This document shows positions 56,878-64,000 of a stretch of DNA of 64,000 bases, piece by piece. Within the stretch, counting starts at the first letter, position 1. Each line of letters begins with the position of its first letter. Source of the DNA: Thermoproteota archaeon (GTDB lineage Archaea > Thermoproteota > Thermoprotei_A > EX4484-217-1); the NCBI GenBank assembly GCA_029258915.1, contig JAPDJU010000012.1, positions 53,149 to 117,148 on the forward strand. The letters are read 5' to 3'. The translations under genes were made by a program, and so were the position numbers. A model generated the notes under the pieces. That model worked only from the letters and a program-made list of their open reading frames with translations. It made no database searches and was not told where the DNA came from.

Positions 56878-57870
56878 CTATCTATTTTTATAACAAGGAG
56901 AAGTTGTTTGGTATGTAGAATCATGGTATATTATTCTACCATTAAAGCCCTTTATTACTTCTTTTAGGTTTCTATCTAGATTTACACCCTTATCAAGCAT
57001 AATTAAAGGTTTTAAACCTATATCGTTAACTATAACTAAGAACTTAAAAACATCTAACCTAATGCCTCTATCGCCGTCTATTGATTTTATTTTCTTTACA
57101 GCATACTTTGTACCATTAATAGTCACGGTTACTATTTTATGTTCAATACCTGAAATACCAATAATCCTTTCCTCTTTTAAATTCAGAGTCTTAAGTTTAT
57201 CCTCAGTCCCTTTTGTTAAAAGAACTGCCAATTTAACGTATGTTTTTAAATACATAAGCCCTCTTCTGGAAATTTTAAAAATGCCTTTAACTCTCCTATC
57301 GTAATGAATGGTTTCAACCACAATTAGCTTTTTCTTAACGAGTTCTTCTAAGTATCTGGAAAGTCTAGGAGTATTGGTTCCTAAAATATTTAGCAAACGT
57401 GTTCGAGTTACGCCTTTTACCGAGGATTTAAGAATCTTAGCATAAATATCGTACTTACATACTTGGTTATTGCTAATGCCGGGCGGTATAGAAATATTAT
57501 TATCAAGTTTAACATTGTCTTCTTTTAAAGCCTTTTCTTTCAGTAAATAATCTAAATCCTTAAATGCCTCTAAGACTTCATAACCATATCGTGTTGTATG
57601 AAACATTTTTTTATTAGATGAAGTTTGTTTTAACATTCCCTTATTTAACATGGAGTTAATATATCTATATGCCTGCGTGTAGTTTAAGTTTGACTCACGC
57701 ATAATTTTTGTTATTGAAGCACCTTTAGCGCATGTATTTAATATGCATGTTACTATTTCTAAACGGCTTCTCCTTCTTCCATTATATGATACCATGATAG
57801 AATTGCATCTCACTAAGACCCTATTTACTGGAACATTATTAAATATTCCTAAGCTATAACAGTAAACCAT
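56878..57870 (-). CDS. Tandem winged-helix (HTH_45-like) regulator with an extra C-terminal domain
   Basis: RRSRLEIVTCIL..ITKIMRESNLNY..Y and a second KYDIYAKIL..TRTRL..RYLEEL repeat. Confidence 0.75.
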   Translation of the reverse strand: MVYCYSLGIFNNVPVNRVLVRCNSIMVSYNGRRRSRLEIVTCILNTCAKGASITKIMRESNLNYTQAYRYINSMLNKGMLKQTSSNKKMFHTTRYGYEVLEAFKDLDYLLKEKALKEDNVKLDNNISIPPGISNNQVCKYDIYAKILKSSVKGVTRTRLLNILGTNTPRLSRYLEELVKKKLIVVETIHYDRRVKGIFKISRRGLMYLKTYVKLAVLLTKGTEDKLKTLNLKEERIIGISGIEHKIVTVTINGTKYAVKKIKSIDGDRGIRLDVFKFLVIVNDIGLKPLIMLDKGVNLDRNLKEVIKGFNGRIIYHDSTYQTTSPCYKNR

Positions 57871-57936
57871 AACACGAATTCAATAAAATTTTTACAGACT
57901 TTAATATTTAAATTCTAGTTAGCAGTTTTCTCTAAC

Positions 57937-58938
57937 ATGATGATACCTATGTTTGAGAGAATAGTGTCAAGCCATGTTGGAAGTTTTCCTTTAAAACATA
58001 GCCGTGAAAACATTGTTAGATCGTTTAGAGATATGATCGACGTAGGTATAGATATTCCTCCATTCCCCCAAATGAGAAGCTTTATAGAAATGTATCTTAA
58101 GCCATTAGAGAACGCAGGGCTAATTAAAGCTATTGATCAAAGATATCTTACAAGTGAGAAAGCGTTGTTAAATGCTAAGATGGCTGAAATCGAAATTGAG
58201 GAGGCTACAATAATTTCTAAAGAAGCTGAAAAATTCGATATTCAAATACTTAGAGCTCCAATAACAGGTCCCTTTACATTGGCTTTGAGTATATATTTAA
58301 CTAAAGGCGAGAGCCTTTCGGCGACAGCATTAGCTCGGAAAAATATTGTGCTTACCTTTTTCAAGGAATATGTTAAGTCTATTGTTAAGAAAATGGTTAG
58401 TTTAAATTATAAGTTTATTGTGATAGATGACCCCATGTTGGCTAATGTTATAGGTAAGAGAATTATACTTTATGGATATAGCGAAGAAGAAATAATAGAC
58501 CTTTACAATGAAATATTTAAAGAAGCTGCAGACAGAATTACAGGAATACATGTCTGCGGTAGGCTTTCACCGAAATTAGTGAACATTTTAGCACAAATAA
58601 GTAGGTTAAATGTGCTAAACCATGAGTTTAAAGATAGCCCTGAAAACATGGCAGTTTTTTCTAAAGGACTGTTAGAAAAATATGATAAAATACTTAGCCC
58701 TGGTATAGTTAGTTCAAGGAATTTAGAAATTGAAAGTTTTGAGGAAACATATGGTCTTTTAAGGAATTTAATTAGCAAATTCGGTGATAGGGTAAATATT
58801 GTAACAGCTGATTGCGGATTTAAAGCATTAAAAATGCCAAACATCTCATATGAGAAAGCATATAATGTAGCTATAAGAAAACTTAAGCTCATAGTTGAAG
58901 CTGTAAGTAAAGCAAATAAGGAATTAACACCAGTTTAA
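57937..58938 (+). CDS. Core-domain-only (folate-independent) methionine synthase-like protein
   Basis: HVGSFP, TGPFTLA, IDDP and Zn ligands HVC..E..DCG. At 333 aa it lacks the MetE N-terminal barrel. Confidence 0.8.
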   Translation: MMIPMFERIVSSHVGSFPLKHSRENIVRSFRDMIDVGIDIPPFPQMRSFIEMYLKPLENAGLIKAIDQRYLTSEKALLNAKMAEIEIEEATIISKEAEKFDIQILRAPITGPFTLALSIYLTKGESLSATALARKNIVLTFFKEYVKSIVKKMVSLNYKFIVIDDPMLANVIGKRIILYGYSEEEIIDLYNEIFKEAADRITGIHVCGRLSPKLVNILAQISRLNVLNHEFKDSPENMAVFSKGLLEKYDKILSPGIVSSRNLEIESFEETYGLLRNLISKFGDRVNIVTADCGFKALKMPNISYEKAYNVAIRKLKLIVEAVSKANKELTPV

Positions 58939-58963
58939 CAAACAATGTAGTTAGGTTATTAAC

Positions 58964-59947
58964 ATGAGGGTGAAAGAACAGCTAAGACCATTTACGTTTA
59001 ACCGAGAACAGAAGATGTTTAAGATAGGTAACGTGGTTTTCGGGGGAGCACCTGGTGAAAGACCTGTAGTTCTTGTTGGTAGCCTTTTCTTCTTAGGCGA
59101 TAAAGCAGTTTCAAATCATAAGAAAGGAGTTTTTGATAAAAGTAAGACTAGAGAGAAAATAGATTTCGCTGAGAGAATAGCTGAAGGATATAATTTACAG
59201 TTTGCAATAGATTTAGTGGCGTACTCTCCTAAAGCAGCTGAAAAATATGTACAGTTTGTATGTGAAGTATCTAACGCTCCACTATTTCTTGATGGAATAG
59301 AGGAAGCTGTAAGGATAAGAATGTATAAAATATCTAATGAACTAGGTCTAGTTAGCAGGGTCATAGGAAATGCAATATATGTTCATAGCGGAGATGAAGA
59401 GTTAAAAGCATTAAAAGAAAACAAAATAGAAGCAGCTGTTTTAATGGCCTTTGACATAGCAAACCCTGCTGAAAGTCTAACACCAAATGACAAACTCAGA
59501 ATATTAAATAATGAGCTTTTACCTAAAGCTGAAAAAGCAGGATTAAGAAAACCGCTAGTTGATGTTGTAGTTTTAGACCCTGCATCGATTGCTATGAATG
59601 GACCCGCTATTTTAAAGATAAAGTCGGAGACAGGGTTACCGACCGGATGCGCACCAGCTAATGCGTTAGGTAGTGTTTCTAGGAAAAAATTTGGTGTTGA
59701 AGAGGCAATAGGCATTCATGCTGGTTCAGCTGCTTATCTACAATTTTTCGCATCAGATTTCATATTTTATGGTCCATTAAAAAGAATAAAGGATATAGCG
59801 CCAGCTGTTTCAATTATAGATTCTTATTTAGGCTATTTAGCAAAGCTTGAAGGAGTGAAAATACCTAGAGAACATCCATTCTATAAGGTTCTTAAGAAAG
59901 TACAAAAAGCGTTTACAGGGATAACTGCTTGGCAACCTATAACATAA
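58964..59947 (+). CDS. MtrH-family pterin:corrinoid methyltransferase
   Basis: F..EQK...IGNV.FGGAPGERP.VLVGSLF, GVFDK, PLFLD, PLVD, GLPTGCAPAN and DFIFYGP. Confidence 0.88.
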   Translation: MRVKEQLRPFTFNREQKMFKIGNVVFGGAPGERPVVLVGSLFFLGDKAVSNHKKGVFDKSKTREKIDFAERIAEGYNLQFAIDLVAYSPKAAEKYVQFVCEVSNAPLFLDGIEEAVRIRMYKISNELGLVSRVIGNAIYVHSGDEELKALKENKIEAAVLMAFDIANPAESLTPNDKLRILNNELLPKAEKAGLRKPLVDVVVLDPASIAMNGPAILKIKSETGLPTGCAPANALGSVSRKKFGVEEAIGIHAGSAAYLQFFASDFIFYGPLKRIKDIAPAVSIIDSYLGYLAKLEGVKIPREHPFYKVLKKVQKAFTGITAWQPIT

Positions 59948-60825
59948 GAGTAGTAGTTAATGAAAATAGATTGAAGAAGATAGCTGAAATTATTAGAGAT
60001 ATAGGTTTAAAAACAGTGTATGTTATTGAAGATAATGATCCTCAATTAAAGGCTTTAAAAGTAATCTATGAGAAAACAGGACATATAGGATATACTTGTC
60101 TATTAGCTGTAGCAAATGCGCTTATAAGTTATAAGCTTGCTGTTAAAGGTGAGAAGTATTGGACAGAGTTTTCGAAATACATGGCAAGAACAAGCCCAGA
60201 ATATAAAAGAGTTTTCGAAAACATTAAAGAATTCCTGGTTAAAACTAAGTTAAACGTTTTTGCATTAAATAGTAAAGTTAGTAGGCTTGACAAATTCTTG
60301 AAATCCCCTATAGCTGCTGAAATATATACAAGCCCTCAATTATATAAGCAGGACCTTGAAAAGCTAAGACACAGTATTGCTAAAGCGGTAAGCGCTGATC
60401 CTGACGCTAAAACCATAGTTTTCTCCGTAAAAATGTTCTACTATGCATATTGTTCTTCAACAGGTGAAAGACCAATGGTGCCTTACACAATACCGCTACC
60501 TGTAGATATAAGGATTGCTACTTTAACTATTTCATCAGGCATAATGGATGTGCCTAATATTGAAAGACTGAGAAATAAAGCATTATACTTGCTAGGAAGA
60601 AAAACTAACAATATAAGAAAAGTATGGTTTGAAGTTTCATCGCTGTCTGGAATCCCTTCCCTAAACATAGATTCTTTACTATGGCCTATAGGGGTATTTA
60701 TTACAAAGAATATACCGCAAAACATCTTAATTCATAAAACGTTAGAATATATGAAAAACATGGTTAAAAATGGAAGAGTTCACGTAGTTGAGAACCTTAT
60801 TTTAGAACTTTTAAAGCATCACTAA
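59929..60825 (+). CDS. AGOG-type 8-oxoguanine N-glycosylase/DNA lyase
   Basis: DPQ, ANALISYKL..GEKYW..F, KTIVFSVKM, PVDIR and IPSLNIDSLLW. Confidence 0.88.
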   Translation: MATYNIRVVVNENRLKKIAEIIRDIGLKTVYVIEDNDPQLKALKVIYEKTGHIGYTCLLAVANALISYKLAVKGEKYWTEFSKYMARTSPEYKRVFENIKEFLVKTKLNVFALNSKVSRLDKFLKSPIAAEIYTSPQLYKQDLEKLRHSIAKAVSADPDAKTIVFSVKMFYYAYCSSTGERPMVPYTIPLPVDIRIATLTISSGIMDVPNIERLRNKALYLLGRKTNNIRKVWFEVSSLSGIPSLNIDSLLWPIGVFITKNIPQNILIHKTLEYMKNMVKNGRVHVVENLILELLKHH

Positions 60826-60847
60826 CTAAGCTTGAGATGATAAGAAA

Positions 60848-61657
60848 ATGAAATATAGCAAAGGAAATATAACTGTGGAACTTACTGCATTTCTAATACT
60901 TTGGTTTTTAGGTACAATAGTTTACTTAAGGGTTTTAAGCATAGTATTTACTGAAGTTTATGGGGTTTACGCTGTACCTTACTGGTTATTACTAATAATA
61001 GTGTTTTCTAAGCTATATAACGTAAAATTAAAGGAGCTTGGATTTAAGTATAAAGTAAAGGATTCATGGACTACCATATTTTACCCTATAATATTAAGTT
61101 TATTTTTACCACTAACAATAGCCCTATTTGGTACAATATTTAATGTAGTAGAATTTAATTTGCTTAAGAAAATCAGTTTATCAGAAATAGCATACACATT
61201 CATAGTGTACTTTATTTGGGCTTTTGGAGAAGAAGCTATATTTAGAGGATACATTTTTCATAGAATTTTAATGCAAGGATACAATGTCAAATATGCTATA
61301 TTTGTTAATGCAACTCTATTTACATTAGTTCATGCACTTAACATCGGATTTAATGTAGTAGCTTTCTTTCAACTTCTTATAGGTGGAATTCTTCTCTCGT
61401 TACTTGTTCTTTCTTCAGGATCACTGGTTTCCCCAACACTATTCCATAGTATGTGGAACTATATGTTAACATTGTTAGGTTTTCCTGTAAGTGGCAATAC
61501 TAGATATATACTCTTAAAAGCAAGTACTAAGAACTTTGAATTCATTTTTGGAGGATCGTTTGGACCTGAAGGAGGACTAGCAGGATTAGCTGTTATTATC
61601 TTAGGATTATATATAACTATGACCTTGTTTAAACATAAGGAAATTTTTAAAACTTAG
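60848..61657 (+). CDS. CPBP (Abi/CAAX) intramembrane metalloprotease
   Basis: EEAIFRG, FTLVH, HSMWN and GGSFGPEG. Confidence 0.88.
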   Translation: MKYSKGNITVELTAFLILWFLGTIVYLRVLSIVFTEVYGVYAVPYWLLLIIVFSKLYNVKLKELGFKYKVKDSWTTIFYPIILSLFLPLTIALFGTIFNVVEFNLLKKISLSEIAYTFIVYFIWAFGEEAIFRGYIFHRILMQGYNVKYAIFVNATLFTLVHALNIGFNVVAFFQLLIGGILLSLLVLSSGSLVSPTLFHSMWNYMLTLLGFPVSGNTRYILLKASTKNFEFIFGGSFGPEGGLAGLAVIILGLYITMTLFKHKEIFKT

Positions 61658-62471
61658 TTTCTACTAGTTTGTCACTATTTACATCGTATTCCCACAAACG
61701 TATTTCACCGTTTTTGAAAGCTTCACTGAACTTTCTTTCTTCTTTTAAATAGAAGTCTATAATTGTTGATGACACTATAGCTTTAAACCCGTCTTTACTG
61801 ACATGGTATAATTTATAATAGTTACTATATCTATTTATGGTCTCTCTTTCTGGCACTAAATACTTCATCGCAACGGTTATCAACTTATCTGTATTCATCA
61901 ATATGATTCCTATATTGAAGGCTGTCTTTACGTATTTTATACAGTCTTTTATTACTTTAACGATGTTTTCACCGCCCATATATTTCTTAGCAATAAGCAT
62001 TGAAGCAAGGTAAGAATCAGAGTATGTTTCCATAAGTTCCTCCTTACCTAGAATCTTAGCTATAGTGTTTTTATTTACAGAACCGTTATGTATAAACCAC
62101 ATATAGCCTAGGTTTTCAAGGTTTAAGAAGAATGGCTGTGTTGAGAAAAGGTTTATAGGTTCTTTTCTACTAGCCAACCGTACATGTATCATACCGAAAC
62201 ATGTATCATTTGAAGATAGAGGTTCTAATATGTAACTGTAGTTAGCTATAGGGTCATCATATATTGGTTTAAGAGATTTACCATGAAATATTTGGGCTAC
62301 CCCTTTGTTAAAACATATTATAGAATATCCCCATCCATGGTTATGGCTTTTAAATTTGCTTATACTAGACAAATATGGATCATTCTTACTTGAATTTATA
62401 AATGCTTTAAAGAATTTCTCTAAAGGAGTAAAGCTTCTTCTTTTAGCCTGAAAAATTATGAACCTGCACAT
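61647..62471 (-). CDS. Class II glutamine amidotransferase (YafJ/EgtC-like)
   Basis: N-terminal MCR, HGWG, HVRLAS, HNG and SDS. Confidence 0.88.
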   Translation of the reverse strand: MCRFIIFQAKRRSFTPLEKFFKAFINSSKNDPYLSSISKFKSHNHGWGYSIICFNKGVAQIFHGKSLKPIYDDPIANYSYILEPLSSNDTCFGMIHVRLASRKEPINLFSTQPFFLNLENLGYMWFIHNGSVNKNTIAKILGKEELMETYSDSYLASMLIAKKYMGGENIVKVIKDCIKYVKTAFNIGIILMNTDKLITVAMKYLVPERETINRYSNYYKLYHVSKDGFKAIVSSTIIDFYLKEERKFSEAFKNGEIRLWEYDVNSDKLVETKF

Positions 62472-62531
62472 CAGTTAGTATACGTTAGTTGTTCTGTTTT
62501 AAATAAGTTATGCTTGAATTGCCTCTGAAAG

Positions 62532-62744
62532 TTAGGTATGTTTATTTACTGCTCTACTCCTAGCTTGTTCACCGTTGTGTTTCTCTACTGTTTCTATGAG
62601 CCTTGATACCGTAAAGTATGCGTGTCTAATACTGCATAGATTGCACCATCTTTCGTCGAAACCTGGTTTTCTCATACAACGAGAGCATTCCTCATAAAGC
62701 TGGTTTTTAAATATTTTGAGCATTTCCAAAGTAATGTACGACAT
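62532..62744 (-). CDS. Small CxxC..CxxC hypothetical protein
   Basis: GAGGTG SD before ATG 62744, and CSRC..WCNLC. Confidence 0.6.
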   Translation of the reverse strand: MSYITLEMLKIFKNQLYEECSRCMRKPGFDERWCNLCSIRHAYFTVSRLIETVEKHNGEQARSRAVNKHT

Positions 62745-63012
62745 TGTCTTAGCACCTCTAGGCATTTTATAGTTTTGGCTAAAGTATATTTTAACTCTAA
62801 GGCTTATTACTTCGAACAGTCGAATATTAAAAGCATCCAATCGAAGTTTCACTGTTTTCTAGCTTGTTTTAGATTCATAGTAAAATACTAAACTACAGTT
62901 TAAACAGCGAAGACCAATCTATACATGTAAAGAAATATAAATGAGGTTTATGAGCTAAACATGTTTGAGAAATTAAAAATATGGAAAATTAAATCAAGGA
63001 AAAAATAGTGTT

Positions 63013-64000
63013 TTACTTGGAAATTCTCCTACCCATCATATTCTCTTTAATTAGTACATACGTTGGCGTGAACATTGATCTTAAGAAGTCTTTGGCATAG
63101 TACTTCAATATCTGTGAAGCTGGTACCGAAGCTGGTGGTTTGCCTTTTAGCTCACCTGTAATGTATAAGTGTCTTGTGTAGAAGTCCTTGAGTAGTTTAG
63201 CAGCTACAGGCGACAAGTAGATTACGGCGATAATGTTGGGTATGGTCATTAGACCGTTCATACAGTCGGAGAAGTCCCAGAATGTTTCAAACAGCTCTGG
63301 GCTTACAGCTGCAAACACTATTGGCGGCAGCCATGCAAATCTCCAGAGCCATCTAATTATCTTTTCGGGTATTAATTTTAGCTTATATGACCAGAAGTAC
63401 CACATACATTGTTCTCCGTAGAACTCCCATGTCAACATGGTTGTATATGCGAAGAGACCTAAAGCAACGCCTAGAAGTATTGGCGCATAAATACCATAGG
63501 CTCTATGGAAGGATTCGGCAGCTAACCCAGCTCCTGATAGGTCAGGTCTCTCCCATAGAGCACCTGTTAACTGGTCATGTATAACTGTTATGCTGCATAG
63601 AACTATAGTATCCATGAACACTTCGAATACACCGTAAAATCCTTGTCTACCAGGGTGGTCTGATTCTCCAAAAGCATAAGCTAATGGCGCGCTACCTAGA
63701 CCGGCCTCATTCGAGAACTGACCTCTAGCGAAACCGTATCTTATAGCCGAATACACTGTCCAGCCGGCTAAACCTCCAACAGCGGCTGCAGGTGTAAATG
63801 CGAACCTGAATATGTTTCCAATAACCTCTGGGAATCTGTACCAGTACATTGCGAATATTCCGAGGCCGAATATTATGTACCATGCGCTCATGAATGGTAT
63901 CAGAATGTATGCAGCTTCGGCAATTCTTCTAATGCCGCCTATGACTACTAAAGCTGTGAAGAAGGCCATGATCAGACCTACTGCTAATCTACCATAGAAT
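63013..64000 (-). CDS. Alanine/glycine:cation symporter (AGCS), 5' truncated by the window
   Basis: GGIRRIA, RGQFSNEAGLGS, EVFMDT, LFAYTT and NGLMTIPN. Confidence 0.92.
   Translation of the reverse strand, partial: FYGRLAVGLIMAFFTALVVIGGIRRIAEAAYILIPFMSAWYIIFGLGIFAMYWYRFPEVIGNIFRFAFTPAAAVGGLAGWTVYSAIRYGFARGQFSNEAGLGSAPLAYAFGESDHPGRQGFYGVFEVFMDTIVLCSITVIHDQLTGALWERPDLSGAGLAAESFHRAYGIYAPILLGVALGLFAYTTMLTWEFYGEQCMWYFWSYKLKLIPEKIIRWLWRFAWLPPIVFAAVSPELFETFWDFSDCMNGLMTIPNIIAVIYLSPVAAKLLKDFYTRHLYITGELKGKPPASVPASQILKYYAKDFLRSMFTPTYVLIKENMMGRRISK

Noticed and set aside
58964-59947. MtrH as evidence of methanogenesis
   Set aside because: No mtrA-G or mcr genes are adjacent, and stand-alone MtrH homologs occur in non-methanogens.
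1-64000. CRISPR arrays, tRNA/rRNA genes and the many short antisense ORFs in the track
   Set aside because: No regularly spaced repeats or tRNA-like GC-rich cloverleafs were seen. The antisense ORFs lie opposite well-supported genes and show no motifs.

Overview
AT-rich archaeal DNA, most likely from an anaerobic (hyper)thermophilic Thermoproteota-like organism. This is inferred from GAPOR, bifunctional PGI/PMI, an AGOG-type glycosylase, Tfx, SAMP-like proteins and TATA/BRE promoters. I saw no rRNA, tRNA or CRISPR array. The left end holds a decayed non-autonomous IS607-like element (RHH gene plus a zinc-finger-less TnpB pseudogene, with a GC-rich candidate omega-RNA pointing away from tnpB). 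It sits between the first 18 codons of an iorA-like gene and a paaK pseudogene. The main metabolic theme is a dispersed anaerobic purine-catabolism set resembling the bacterial 2,8-dioxopurine (ssnA/hyuA/ygeW/dpaL/arcC) pathway. Here it has TWO tandem YgeW-like carbamoyltransferases and a ThrC-like PLP enzyme divergent from carbamate kinase, a Tat-exported nucleoside/purine ABC system with adjacent tatAC, and deaminases. A second candidate new system is a core-only methionine synthase followed by an MtrH-like methyltransferase, next to a cobalamin-type ABC importer and a tandem-wHTH regulator. Other notable items are an operon of tiny W/Y/G/P-rich low-complexity proteins with a perfect palindromic operator near a DUF134 regulator, an RHH-retropepsin pair with its own operator, a JAMM-motif protein, and three archaeal AAA-ATPase paralogs (one a pseudogene). 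All assignments come from motif recognition by eye, not from database searches.
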